Assembly (NCBI GenBank): GCA_944380795.1
Contig: CALWIS010000012.1
Span: 1 to 57,251 of the forward strand
DNA from: an uncultured Clostridia bacterium
Lineage (GTDB): Bacteria; Bacillota; Clostridia; Oscillospirales; Acutalibacteraceae
DNA length: 57,251 nt
Reading direction: 5' to 3'
Shown here: in pieces, positions 40,296 through 51,130 of the stretch
Numbering within the stretch: the first letter of the stretch is position 1
How the letters are laid out: every line of letters begins with the position of its first letter
Notes under the pieces: generated by a model
Told to the model about the DNA's origin: nothing
Databases searched by the model: none
The model's input: only the letters and a program-made list of their open reading frames with translations
Position numbers and translations under genes: made by a program

Positions 40296-41735
40296 TTGGC
40301 ACAACAGAAAAAAATGGTGGAAGCTATCACGTCCATGGACGAGGACTTCTCCAAATGGTACACCGATATTGTAAAAAAAGCAGAACTGATGGATTATTCC
40401 AGCGTGAAGGGCTGCATGGTCATTGAGCCTTATGGCTATGCTATCTGGGAGAATATCCAGAAGGATCTGGATGCCCGGTTCAAAAAGGTAGGGGTACAGA
40501 ATGTGTATATGCCCCTGTTTATTCCCGAGAGCCTGCTCCAGCGGGAAAAGGACCATGTGGAGGGCTTTGCCCCCGAAGTGGCCTGGGTGACCCAGGGCGG
40601 CCAGGAAGAGCTGGCAGAGCGCCTGTGCGTGCGTCCCACCAGTGAGGTGCTCTTCTGCGAACACTATCAGAAGGTTATAAAATCCTGGCGGGATTTGCCC
40701 AAGCTGTACAACCAGTGGTGCAGTGTGGTGCGCTGGGAAAAGACCACTCGTCCCTTCCTGCGTTCCTCTGAATTTTTGTGGCAGGAAGGCCACACTATGC
40801 ACGAGACCGCCGAGGAGGCCGAGGAAGAGACCATGCGGATGCTGAAGCTGTATGAAGCTTTCTACCGCGAGACGCTGGCTATCCCCGCTGTGACCGGCAA
40901 AAAGACCGAGAAGGAAAAATTCGCCGGCGCAAAGGCTACCTATACCATTGAACCCATGATGCACAACGGCGTGGCTCTTCAGGGCGGCACCAGCCACTAT
41001 TTTGGCGACGGCTTTGCCAAGAGCTTCGGCATTGCCTTTACCGGCCGTGACAATACCTTGCAGACCCCGCACCAGACCAGCTGGGGCGTTTCTACCCGTA
41101 TGATCGGCGCTATCATCATGGTACACGGCGACGACAACGGCCTGGTACTGCCGCCCCGTATCGCTCCCATTCAGGTGGTCATTGTTCCCATTGCTCAGCA
41201 TAAGCCCGGTGTTCTGGAAAAGAGCCGTGAGCTGGCTGACCGTCTGGGCGAGCAGTTCCGCATTAAGCTGGATGACAGCGAGCAGTCTCCCGGCTGGAAG
41301 TTTAGCCAGTACGAGATGCAGGGTGTGCCGCTCCGTCTGGAGATTGGCCCCAAGGATTTGGAAAAGAACCAGTGTGTTTTGGTGCGCCGCGACAACCGGG
41401 AAAAGATCTTCGTCTCCTTAGACGAGCTGGAGACCAAGATTCCCGAGCTGTTGCAGGCAGTCCACGATGGAATGTATGAGCGCGCCCTCCAGAACCTCCA
41501 CGAAAAGACCTTTGTGGCCCATACCCACGAGGAGTTCCTGGATATTGCCGCCAACAAGCCCGGCTTTATCAAGGCCATGTGGTGCGGCGACGCAGCCTGC
41601 GAGGAGAAGCTGAAGGAAGAGACAAACGGCGTCAAGTCCCGCTGCATCCCCTTTGAGGAGGAGCATCTGGACGATGTGTGCGTATGCTGCGGCAAGCCTG
41701 CCAAGCATATGGTATACTGGGGCCGTCAGTATTGA
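40296..41735 (+). CDS. proS: Proline--tRNA ligase (archaeal/eukaryote-like type)
   Basis: [38 protein letters not shown] and a C-terminal Zn-binding CxxC...CxxC are present. The TTG start at 40296 lies 8 nt after AAGGAG. Confidence 0.92.
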   Translation: MAQQKKMVEAITSMDEDFSKWYTDIVKKAELMDYSSVKGCMVIEPYGYAIWENIQKDLDARFKKVGVQNVYMPLFIPESLLQREKDHVEGFAPEVAWVTQGGQEELAERLCVRPTSEVLFCEHYQKVIKSWRDLPKLYNQWCSVVRWEKTTRPFLRSSEFLWQEGHTMHETAEEAEEETMRMLKLYEAFYRETLAIPAVTGKKTEKEKFAGAKATYTIEPMMHNGVALQGGTSHYFGDGFAKSFGIAFTGRDNTLQTPHQTSWGVSTRMIGAIIMVHGDDNGLVLPPRIAPIQVVIVPIAQHKPGVLEKSRELADRLGEQFRIKLDDSEQSPGWKFSQYEMQGVPLRLEIGPKDLEKNQCVLVRRDNREKIFVSLDELETKIPELLQAVHDGMYERALQNLHEKTFVAHTHEEFLDIAANKPGFIKAMWCGDAACEEKLKEETNGVKSRCIPFEEEHLDDVCVCCGKPAKHMVYWGRQY

Positions 41736-41764
41736 TAAAATAAACCAATCGGTATAAAGCATTA

Positions 41765-41807
41765 AAAAGGGCCTGTATCCTGGAGTTTTCAGGATACAGG
41801 CCCTTTT
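41765..41807. terminator. Bidirectional terminator
   Basis: AAAAGGGCCTGTATCCTG / CAGGATACAGGCCCTTTT, a perfect 18-bp stem. Confidence 0.8.
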
Positions 41808-41826
41808 ACTTTCCCTTATTGAATAA

Positions 41827-42600
41827 TTATTTGCGAATTGCCCTTTGCCGGTATTCTCCCGGTGTGCACCCACAGACAGCACGAAAATACCGGGTGAAGT
41901 GGCAGATGCTCTTAAAGCCGCACAATGCCGCCGCCTGCTGCACCTGCACGGCCTCGTTGGTAAGCAGGTTTCTGGCCCTGTCCATGCGGGCGGCGAGAAG
42001 TTCATCCTTGGGAGAAGCCTCAAAGAACCGCCGGTAATAGCTGTAGAACTGGCTTTTTCCCATATTGACCAGAGCACACATGCGCTGGATGTCCCAATCC
42101 TCTTCGCAACGGGAAAGGATGGTGAGCCGGGCTTGTTGAAATTGGGAACGCAGAGAATCGGTGGGGTGGGTTCCCTTTTCCAGCAGCCGTCCGGTGGTAA
42201 TGAGCAGCCTGCGCAAGAGCAGGTCTATCATCTCTTCCGAGCAGCGGCTGGGGGTGAGGTATTCCTCCTGCAACGCTTGGATTTGCCGGTTGATAGTATC
42301 GGGAGAGGCTGGGTAGAAAATTTGGTTTTGCGGGATACCATAGATACTGGGAGAATCTTCTCCGCAAGAAAAATGGATATAGCTATTACGGAAGGTTCCA
42401 GCTGCCCGGTAATTTTGATAAGCATCCGGAGAATACAGCAGACAGCTGCCAGCTTCCGCTGTTTCCGTGTGGTCAGAAAAGGTCACGTTCATAGGCGCCA
42501 GAAACAGTAAAAACAGCCAATCTCCACTGCCGGAAGGCCGGTAGATCACGTCGGTACTTTGATTTTGCCTGGAAAATTCACAATAATGGATGCGGTACAT
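41827..42600 (-). CDS. AraC-family transcriptional regulator
   Basis: ATG at 42600 (MYRIHYCEF). It has a cupin-like N-terminus and the AraC HTH pair (WDIQRMCALVNMGKSQFYSYYRRFF...AAALCGFKSICHFTRYFRAVCGCTPGEYR). The rest of the 769-aa track ORF is antisense to abfA. Confidence 0.85.
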   Translation of the reverse strand: MYRIHYCEFSRQNQSTDVIYRPSGSGDWLFLLFLAPMNVTFSDHTETAEAGSCLLYSPDAYQNYRAAGTFRNSYIHFSCGEDSPSIYGIPQNQIFYPASPDTINRQIQALQEEYLTPSRCSEEMIDLLLRRLLITTGRLLEKGTHPTDSLRSQFQQARLTILSRCEEDWDIQRMCALVNMGKSQFYSYYRRFFEASPKDELLAARMDRARNLLTNEAVQVQQAAALCGFKSICHFTRYFRAVCGCTPGEYRQRAIRK

Positions 42601-42672
42601 CCTGGTTTCCCCCTTGTGGGATTTTTTGATTCTTTTTATCAGGGTACACGGAATCGGAGAAAAAGTCAATAA

Positions 42673-44277
<1,605 letters not shown>

Positions 44278-44286
44278 ACAACCTGA

Positions 44287-44335
44287 CATAACAGAAAACG
44301 GCAGATGGGAAAACCATCTGCCGTTTTCTGTTATG
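44287..44335. terminator. Bidirectional terminator
   Basis: Perfect 22-bp stem CATAACAGAAAACGGCAGATGG / CCATCTGCCGTTTTCTGTTATG with loop GAAAA. Confidence 0.8.
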
Positions 44336-46118
44336 TGGAAGAACCGGCGGCTTTGATTTTTTCTGCCAGTTCGTTCAGGTACACCCACCGCTCGGTTTTC
44401 TCTTCCAATTTGGCTTCCAGTTCTTCTTTTTCTGCAAGCAGGCCGGGGAGTAAATCAAAACGGGTAGCGTTTTCCTCAATTTCCCGTTCCTTTTGGGCGA
44501 TGGATTCTTCTAGTGCCGCAATATCATCGTCAATAGTCTCAAATTCCCGCTGCTCTTTAAAGGAAAATTTCAGCTTGGGTTCCCGCTTGGGCTTTTCCTT
44601 CTTTTTGGGGGCTTCCTTTACTTCTGCTTCCGGCTGGGGAGCGGCGGCGCGGTAATCGGTATAGCCGCCCAGATAGGGAGTCAGGGTGCCGTCCGGCTCA
44701 AACACAAACACATGCTCCGCTGTCCGGTCCAGAAAATACCGGTCGTGGGATACCGACACCACCGCGCCGGAAAAGCTGTCCAGATAGTCCTCTAAGATGG
44801 TGAGGGTTTGGATATCCAAATCATTGGTGGGTTCGTCCAGCAGCAGAATATTGGGGGCGGTCATGAGGATGCACAGCAGATACAGCCGCCGTTTTTCCCC
44901 GCCGGAAAGCCTGCCCACCAGCGCGTGCTGCATAGCTCCGGGGAACAGGAACTTTTCCAGCATTTGGGAGGCGGTCAGGGTGCCTTCGGGGGTCTCGGTC
45001 TGCCAGGCAATATCCCGAATGGTGTCCAATACAGTTTTGTTATCGTCCAGCCCCTCGCACTCCTGGGAAAAATAGCCGATTTTCACCGTTTCGCCAATGC
45101 GCACCTCTCCGCTGTCTGGGGGAACGATGCCCTGCATCACCCGCAGAAGGGTGGTCTTGCCGCAGCCGTTAGGGCCGATGATTCCCAGCCGGTCCCGGCG
45201 CAGGAGGTTATAGGAGAAATCATGGAACAGTATCTTTTCCCCATAAGATTTGGAAACATTGTCGATCTCCACAATCTTTTTGCCCAGCCGTGTCTGTAAG
45301 GAGGAAAGCTCCAACTCCTGCTCTGCTACAGGCGCTTTGGCTGCGTCCTTTAGTTCCTCAAATCGGTTTACCCGGAACTGAGCCTTGGTGGTGCGCGCCC
45401 GTGCGCCACGGTGAATCCATTCCAGCTCTTTTCGGTACAGGGCCTTTTTCTTCCGCAGGGAGGCGGCCTCCATAGCCTCTTTTTCCGCCTTCAGTTCCAG
45501 GTATTTACTGTAGTTGGCGGGATAGGGGGTTAAAATACCGTTGTCCAGCTCCACCATACGATTGCACACCCGCTCCAAAAAGTACCGGTCATGGGTGACC
45601 ATGAGCAATGCGCCGCGATAACTTGCCAGATAGGTTTCCAGCCATTCCACGGTGGCGCTGTCGATGTGGTTGGTGGGCTCGTCCAGAATGAGCAGTTCTA
45701 CCTGTCCGGCCAACGCCGCCGCCATAGCAACCCGTTTTTTCTGTCCGCCGGAAAGAGTGGAGACATCCTGGTCAAAGTCGGTGATTCCCAACCGGGTGAG
45801 CATGGCCCGGCATTCAAACTCCGCCGATTCCTTTTGATCTCGGGCAGCATGGCGGAGCACTTCCTGCCAGACGGTGGTGCCGGGGGTGAAGTCCGGGTTT
45901 TGGGGGAGATACCCCACCCGCATTCCCGAAGCGGGTATCCGCTTGCCGCTGTCGGTTTCTTCGATACCGGCACACACCCGCAGAAAGGTGGATTTTCCGG
46001 TGCCGTTTACACCGATAACGCCTATGCGGTCACCGGTTTCAATGGTTAAATCCACCTGATGCAGAAGGGGCTTTACGCCATAATTTTTTGTAATCTGTTC
46101 CAGTGTTAAAACGATCAT
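44331..46118 (-). CDS. ABC-F family ATPase (Uup-like, C-terminal coiled coil)
   Basis: Two ABC cassettes (GVNGTGKST / GPNGCGKTT, LSGGQKKR / LSGGEKRR), no TM domain and a K/E-rich C-terminal coiled coil. Confidence 0.9.
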   Translation of the reverse strand: MIVLTLEQITKNYGVKPLLHQVDLTIETGDRIGVIGVNGTGKSTFLRVCAGIEETDSGKRIPASGMRVGYLPQNPDFTPGTTVWQEVLRHAARDQKESAEFECRAMLTRLGITDFDQDVSTLSGGQKKRVAMAAALAGQVELLILDEPTNHIDSATVEWLETYLASYRGALLMVTHDRYFLERVCNRMVELDNGILTPYPANYSKYLELKAEKEAMEAASLRKKKALYRKELEWIHRGARARTTKAQFRVNRFEELKDAAKAPVAEQELELSSLQTRLGKKIVEIDNVSKSYGEKILFHDFSYNLLRRDRLGIIGPNGCGKTTLLRVMQGIVPPDSGEVRIGETVKIGYFSQECEGLDDNKTVLDTIRDIAWQTETPEGTLTASQMLEKFLFPGAMQHALVGRLSGGEKRRLYLLCILMTAPNILLLDEPTNDLDIQTLTILEDYLDSFSGAVVSVSHDRYFLDRTAEHVFVFEPDGTLTPYLGGYTDYRAAAPQPEAEVKEAPKKKEKPKREPKLKFSFKEQREFETIDDDIAALEESIAQKEREIEENATRFDLLPGLLAEKEELEAKLEEKTERWVYLNELAEKIKAAGSST

Positions 46119-46136
46119 GGGATTTCCTTTCTATGG

Positions 46137-46601
46137 TTATGATTTTCTTCTTAATTCTCTTGCTTTGGTTCCCAGCCGCATGGCAGAGGACACCAGCAGA
46201 ATTCCCAGTGCTAAAGAACCGGCCACTCCCAGGGTGGAAAGCAGGCTTTCCAGAAACAGCTCCGTTTCCCCGTTGATGCCGTATTCCATGGTGTAGTAAA
46301 TGCCTCCTCCTGGCACCAGGGGGAACAGGGCAATGAGCAGAAATACGGTTACCGGCGTTTTAGTCACCCGGGCCATAATCTCGCAGTACAAAGAGAGCGC
46401 CACTGCCGCCAGAAAATAGGAAGCCACGCTTGGCAAAAAGGCGGAGCATAACAGGTAAACGCCCCAGGAAATACCGCCCCCAAGCCCTACCGGAATGAGC
46501 CGTTTTCCCTGAATATTAAAGATGATGGAATAGCCGATACAGCCGATAAAGCTGTACAGGCAGGGCAGCAGCCCATCTTTTAAAATTGTAATCCAATCCA
46601 T
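46137..46601 (-). CDS. Threonine/serine exporter family protein, small subunit (DUF3815-like)
   Basis: ATG at 46601 lies directly after AAGGAGG. It encodes a polytopic membrane protein downstream of the DUF1212-like partner. Confidence 0.7.
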   Translation of the reverse strand: MDWITILKDGLLPCLYSFIGCIGYSIIFNIQGKRLIPVGLGGGISWGVYLLCSAFLPSVASYFLAAVALSLYCEIMARVTKTPVTVFLLIALFPLVPGGGIYYTMEYGINGETELFLESLLSTLGVAGSLALGILLVSSAMRLGTKARELRRKS

Positions 46602-46611
46602 AGCTGCCTCC

Positions 46612-47373
46612 TTATAATCCGGGAATGAGCCTTGCGCCATAGACCGCAATCACGGCGCCCAAGGCAATAAACACGGCGATGAGAAATACCTCCGCGATTT
46701 TCGCCACGCCAGACATCAAATCCCCCGCCAGAATATCCCGGATGCAGTTGGTGAGGGCAATACCCGGCACCAGATTCATGAGCACGCCGATAATGACTTT
46801 ATCCGCATTGCTTGCCAGTCCCAGCTTTACCGAAAGAATGGCCAGGGTGCCGATGAGAAAGCTTTCCACCATCAAGGAGAAAAACTGGTTGGCTTCCAGC
46901 TTGTTAAGGAGGAATTGCAGTAAACATACCAGCACCCCAATGGGAAAGGCACAGGCTGCATCCAAAAAATTTCCGCCGAAGATGAGGGCAAAGGTAAAGC
47001 CCACCAACGCCCAACCCAAACAGGTAAGGGGAAGGGAATACACCGGCCTGTTGGGAATTTTAGAGAGTTCTTCCCGCACAGCGGAAAGTTCCGGTTTTTC
47101 CCGGCATACCCGCCGGCACAGGTCGTTGACCGCCATGACTTTATCGAAATCTGTCCCCCGGGAACGCACCCGGACGCTTTTGGAGATATTTTCCCCTTCC
47201 GGGGTAACAATAGTGGCGATAATGGTAGTAGGAACGCAGTAGACTTGGCCGCTGACCTCATATGCAGCGAAAAAGCGTTCCATGGATTCCTCCACCCGAT
47301 AGATCTCGGCGCCATTTTGCAGGAGCAGGCGACCGATATCGGCGGAGAGGTTCAGTAGTTCATGATAATCCAA
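46612..47373 (-). CDS. Threonine/serine exporter family protein, large subunit (ThrE/DUF1212-like)
   Basis: The TTG start at 47373 lies 8 nt after AAAGGAG. The EIYRVEESM motif region is followed by TM helices. Confidence 0.7.
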   Translation of the reverse strand: MDYHELLNLSADIGRLLLQNGAEIYRVEESMERFFAAYEVSGQVYCVPTTIIATIVTPEGENISKSVRVRSRGTDFDKVMAVNDLCRRVCREKPELSAVREELSKIPNRPVYSLPLTCLGWALVGFTFALIFGGNFLDAACAFPIGVLVCLLQFLLNKLEANQFFSLMVESFLIGTLAILSVKLGLASNADKVIIGVLMNLVPGIALTNCIRDILAGDLMSGVAKIAEVFLIAVFIALGAVIAVYGARLIPGL

Positions 47374-47415
47374 CAGAAAGACTCCTTTGGTTAAGAAAAT
47401 AGCAAAGGTAAAAGT

Positions 47416-47772
47416 TTGGCGCGGAGCGTATTACAGAGTCCAGAGAGACTTAGTCTCTCTGGCGGGAGTATGAGGGCAGCGCCCTCATCACAGCGAAGCG
47501 CAAGCGAGCTCATAAAAACGCGAAGCCACAAAAACAGGATGTTGTTTGCACTCGAAGCAAGAATTGCCGAAGGCAAGGCGAGCCCTGAGAGAGCACCGCT
47601 TCCGTATGGGAAAATGTTTTTTCTGATTCCCGCTTATCTCCTAAAAGTGGAGGGCTATTTGTCCGTTTCCTATCGGGCAGCTTTTTCCATCGCCTGCCGG
47701 CTCGGTCGGCGCCTTATTGTGTGCCACTGGCACACGGCGCCCCTTTGGAAACCGTATAACGCTCCGCGCCAA
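47416..47772. other. 357-bp non-coding, hairpin-dense element bounded by a perfect 14-bp inverted repeat. It may be a structured 5' leader or ncRNA on the minus strand, or a MITE-like insertion.
   Basis: TTGGCGCGGAGCGT (47416-29) is the exact reverse complement of ACGCTCCGCGCCAA (47759-72). Internal perfect hairpins lie at 47440-62 (10 bp), 47470-88 (8 bp), 47564-76 (5 bp) and 47719-35 (7 bp, flanked by GGCGCC on both sides). No credible ORF is present. Confidence 0.5.
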
Positions 47773-47800
47773 GTATAGCACATTTTCCGTTTTGAAACAA
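47772..47800 (-). promoter_or_regulatory. Candidate minus-strand promoter reading into the structured element and the ThrE-family operon
   Basis: On the minus strand: TTGTTT (47800-47795), 17-nt spacer, TGc-TATACT extended -10 (47777-47772). Confidence 0.4.
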
Positions 47801-47813
47801 TCCGCCGCCCTCC

Positions 47814-47842
47814 TTGCATTTTTGTCCCTAATCTTTTATAAT
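47814..47842 (+). promoter_or_regulatory. sigmaA-type promoter of the S-component/coaX operon
   Basis: TTGCAT (47814-19), 17-nt spacer, TATAAT (47837-42). A leader of about 130 nt precedes the RBS. Confidence 0.6.
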
Positions 47843-47978
47843 ATACCCGGAAGTCTCCCTTGCTTTTTGTGCCCCGGAACTGCTTGCAGAACGGCAACGC
47901 ACCTTGAAAAAGCTTTGGATGTACTTCCCTCAAAATAACGCGCTGCATCCCCATGGAGCAGCAGCAGGAGGAATACTT

Positions 47979-48677
47979 ATGAAAAAACAAACATCCACCA
48001 AAAGCCGCGGCCTGTTCCACAAGGACAATATGCAGGATACCATCCTGCTTTGTCTCTTTATCGCCATTATTCTGATTTTGGCGTTCACCCCGTTGGGCAT
48101 GATCCAGCTGCCCCTTATCAAAGCCACCATTCTCCATGTGCCCGTCATCATCGGGTCGGTATTGTTTGGGCCGAAAAAGGGCGCGGTGCTGGGATTTCTC
48201 TTTGGCCTGTGCAGCTTTGTGAGCAACACCTTTACCCCCACAGCCTTATCCTTTGCCTTTTCTCCTGCGATTACCGTTCCGGGAACCGGCAGCGGCAACT
48301 GGCTGGCCCTGGTGATCTGCTTTATCCCCCGTATCCTGGTGGGCGTGCTGCCTTGGTTTGTGTTCCAGCTTCTCCGCCTTCCCTTTAAAAAGGAGAACTA
48401 TCAGCTGCGTACCATCCAACTGGTGATTACCGGCGCGGTGGGTGCTTTTGTCAATACAGGATTTGTAATGAGCCTGATTTATGTGCTGTTCCGGGATGCT
48501 TACGCTTCTATGAAGGGGGTAGGCGTTGATGCGGTTCTAGGCCTGATTATGGGTGTGGTGGCAACCAATGGCGTGCCGGAGGCTATTGCCGCCGCTGTGC
48601 TTACCGGTGCCGTATGCCTGCCTATGCAGAAGCTCATGAAGCGCGACCCGCTGAAAAGCGGTGCTCCCAAAGAATAA
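47979..48677 (+). CDS. ECF transporter S component (PanT-like by gene context)
   Basis: ATG at 47979 follows AGGAGG. It encodes 6-TM small membrane protein with an ILHVPVIIGSVLFGPKKGAVLGFLFG pattern typical of ECF S components. The coaX genes lie directly downstream. Confidence 0.75.
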   Translation: MKKQTSTKSRGLFHKDNMQDTILLCLFIAIILILAFTPLGMIQLPLIKATILHVPVIIGSVLFGPKKGAVLGFLFGLCSFVSNTFTPTALSFAFSPAITVPGTGSGNWLALVICFIPRILVGVLPWFVFQLLRLPFKKENYQLRTIQLVITGAVGAFVNTGFVMSLIYVLFRDAYASMKGVGVDAVLGLIMGVVATNGVPEAIAAAVLTGAVCLPMQKLMKRDPLKSGAPKE

Positions 48678-48698
48678 GCAACACTGAGGTGAAATACT

Positions 48699-49505
48699 AT
48701 GATCGTCGCCATTGATATGGGCAATACCAACGCGGTTATCGGCTGTATGGAGGGGGAAAAGCTGATCTTTACCTCCCACATCAGCACCGACCGCTCCAAA
48801 ACTGTGGATGAATACGCCCTGCTTTTCAAAGGTATTTTTGAAATGAACCACATTGACCCCAAAACACTGGATGGGGGAATTATTTCCTCTGTGGTGCCCA
48901 TGCTGCGGCCGGTGCTCCGGGATGCGGTAAAGATGCTCACCGGGAAAAAGCCCCTGCTGATAGGAGCTGGGGTCAAGACCGGTTTGAATATCAAAATCGA
49001 CAATCCTGCCCAGCTGGGCGGCGATCTGGTAGTGGCGGCAGTAGCCGCCTGCGCAAAGTATCCCCGTCCCATTGTGATTTTTGATATGGGGACCGCCACC
49101 ACTGCTTCGGTCATCGACCAAAACGGCAGCTATCTGGGCGGAATGATTATACCCGGCCTGCGGGTGGCGGTAGACGCCCTTTCTGCCCGGGCTTCCCAGT
49201 TGCCCTTAAATATCAGTCTGGAAGCTCCGGAACACCTCATCGGCACCAATACCATCGACTGTATGCGCTCTGGAGCCATCTACGGCAATGCTGCTATGAT
49301 TGACGGGATTATCGACCGGGTGGAGGAAGAACTGGGCGCACCGGTTACGGCAGTGGCTACCGGCAATCTGGTTTCTTTGGTAACGCCTTATTGTGAGAGA
49401 AGAATCCACGAGGAGCCAGATCTGCTGCTGCGGGGACTGGGGCTTCTCTATGAAAAGAATTGCCACAAAGGGAGCGGTGCTGCGTCTCGGGAGGTGGAGT
49501 CATGA
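48699..49505 (+). CDS. coaX: Type III pantothenate kinase, copy 1
   Basis: MIVAIDMGNTN, FDMGTATT and GTNT ASKHA-fold motifs are present. Confidence 0.88.
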   Translation: MIVAIDMGNTNAVIGCMEGEKLIFTSHISTDRSKTVDEYALLFKGIFEMNHIDPKTLDGGIISSVVPMLRPVLRDAVKMLTGKKPLLIGAGVKTGLNIKIDNPAQLGGDLVVAAVAACAKYPRPIVIFDMGTATTASVIDQNGSYLGGMIIPGLRVAVDALSARASQLPLNISLEAPEHLIGTNTIDCMRSGAIYGNAAMIDGIIDRVEEELGAPVTAVATGNLVSLVTPYCERRIHEEPDLLLRGLGLLYEKNCHKGSGAASREVES

Positions 49506-50275
49506 TTTTAGCGGTTGACATTGGCAATACGCAAATCGTGGTGGGCTGCTTGGAGGGGGAAACGCTGGTTTCTTCCTTCCGCCTGGCCACCGACCGTTCC
49601 CGCACGGCGGAGGAATACACGCTGCTCCTTTCCGGCATTTTTGCCATGCGAGGAATTTCCGCCGATAACATCGACGGTGGTATTGTGTCCTCGGTGGTGC
49701 CGGTGCTCCGCCCGGTATTCCGGGACGCTATGGAGCGCATTACCGGCAAGCGTCCTCTGGTGGTGGGGGCCGGTGTCAAAACCGGTTTGAATATTAAGAC
49801 CGATATTCCCGCACAAGTAGGCAGTGACCGCATTGTAGATGCAGTGGCGGCCTGCGCCAAATACCCCTTGCCTATTATGATTATCGACATGGGAACTTCC
49901 AGTACCATTTCCGTTATTGACCGGAAAAAGAACTTTTTAGGAGGCATGATTATCCCCGGCCTGCGGTTGGCAGTAGACGCTCTTTCGGCAAGGGCTTCAC
50001 AGCTGCCCCAAAACATCAGTCTGGAGCCGCCGGAAAAGATGATCGGCACCAATACCCTGGATTGCATGAAATCCGGTTCGGTGTATGGCAGCGCCGCCAT
50101 GCTGGACGGCCTGATCTCTCGGGTAGAGCGAGAATTAGGCGAGCCGGTCACGGTAGTGGCTACCGGGGGCAATATCTCCATGGTGGCGCCTCTATGCCGG
50201 AAAAAGCTTCATGTGGAGCCGGATTTATTGCTCCACGGATTGCGGATTCTATACCAGAAAAATCAAAAAAAGTAA
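49502..50275 (+). CDS. coaX: Type III pantothenate kinase, copy 2 (tandem paralogue)
   Basis: ATG at 49502 overlaps the copy-1 TGA (ATGA). MILAVDIGNTQ, IDMGTSST and GTNT are present. It is colinear with copy 1 over its full length. Confidence 0.88.
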   Translation: MILAVDIGNTQIVVGCLEGETLVSSFRLATDRSRTAEEYTLLLSGIFAMRGISADNIDGGIVSSVVPVLRPVFRDAMERITGKRPLVVGAGVKTGLNIKTDIPAQVGSDRIVDAVAACAKYPLPIMIIDMGTSSTISVIDRKKNFLGGMIIPGLRLAVDALSARASQLPQNISLEPPEKMIGTNTLDCMKSGSVYGSAAMLDGLISRVERELGEPVTVVATGGNISMVAPLCRKKLHVEPDLLLHGLRILYQKNQKK

Positions 50276-50287
50276 GCTGACAAATCA

Positions 50288-50317
50288 AGCGCCCGTATGG
50301 GATACGGGCGCTTTTTC
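50288..50317 (+). terminator. Terminator after coaX copy 2
   Basis: AGCGCCCGTAT / ATACGGGCGCT stem followed by TTTTT. Confidence 0.8.
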
Positions 50318-50343
50318 CGTACTAGATAAAAAAGGAGAAATCT

Positions 50344-51057
50344 ATGACTGAGACACGAAAAGAACAGCTTTCCCGTACCGCCCTTTTGCTGGGGGAATCT
50401 GCCATGGAACGGCTGGCACATGCCCGGGTGGCGGTATTCGGCATTGGCGGTGTGGGGGGCTATGTGGCCGAAGCCTTGGCCCGCAGCGGCATTGGCGCGC
50501 TGGACCTCATCGATGGGGATACCGTCTCCCTTTCCAACCTGAACCGGCAGATCATTGCCCTGCACAGCACAGTGGGTCGCCCCAAAACCGAAGTGATGGC
50601 GGAGCGTATTCGGGACATCGACCCCGATATTAAATTAACACTCCATACCTGCTTTTTTACCCCGGACAATGCCAAAGAGTTCGACTTCACCCAGTACGAC
50701 TATATTGTGGACGCGGTGGACATGGTGACGGCAAAAATTCAGCTGGCGGTGCAGGCCCAGGAGGCTGGGACACCCATTATCAGCAGTATGGGTGCAGGCA
50801 ACAAGTTGGACCCCTCTGCTTTTGTGGTGAGCGATCTTTACAAAACCAGCGTGTGCCCTCTGGCCCGGGTCATGCGTCGGGAGCTGAAAGCCAAGGGCAT
50901 CCGTAAAATGAAGGTGGTCTACTCCAAGGAGGAGCCTCAAAAGATCGAGACCCAAAAGGAAAACGGGCGGCACATCCCCGGCAGTATTGCCTTTGTTCCC
51001 TCGGCAGCCGGGCTGGTGTTGGCGGGTGAGGTCATTCGGGAACTGTCGGGAATCTGA
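50344..51057 (+). CDS. tcdA: ThiF-family tRNA threonylcarbamoyladenosine dehydratase
   Basis: The VAVFGIGGVGGYVAEALARSGIG dinucleotide-binding loop, NLNRQ, and a size of about 237 aa are typical of TcdA/CsdL. Confidence 0.8.
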   Translation: MTETRKEQLSRTALLLGESAMERLAHARVAVFGIGGVGGYVAEALARSGIGALDLIDGDTVSLSNLNRQIIALHSTVGRPKTEVMAERIRDIDPDIKLTLHTCFFTPDNAKEFDFTQYDYIVDAVDMVTAKIQLAVQAQEAGTPIISSMGAGNKLDPSAFVVSDLYKTSVCPLARVMRRELKAKGIRKMKVVYSKEEPQKIETQKENGRHIPGSIAFVPSAAGLVLAGEVIRELSGI

Positions 51058-51130
51058 CACAACAAGAAAAGTGCCCCGCAGCATGAAAGCTTGCGCAGGC
51101 GCTTGAAACATCGTATAATATAGGCTATGT

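Noticed and set aside
47437-47450. AGTCCAGAGAGACT, which resembles the PyrR binding consensus ARUCCAGAGAGGYU.
   Set aside because: It differs by one base at a conserved G. It is part of a perfect 10-bp palindrome, not the bulged PyrR hairpin. No pyrimidine gene is adjacent. The carAB and pyrG genes in this window have no such box in front of them.
47719-47741. GCCACTGG, reminiscent of the cobalamin riboswitch B12 box, and the region as a whole as a T-box, RNase P, tmRNA, SRP or 6S RNA.
   Set aside because: None of the other conserved blocks of these RNAs is visible on either strand. The blocks I looked for were GGGAAG/GGTGAAA for cobalamin, GGTGGTACCGCG for T-box, GAGGAAAGTCC for RNase P, the tRNA-like ends for tmRNA and GGAAGGAAGCAGC for SRP. 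This was checked by eye only.
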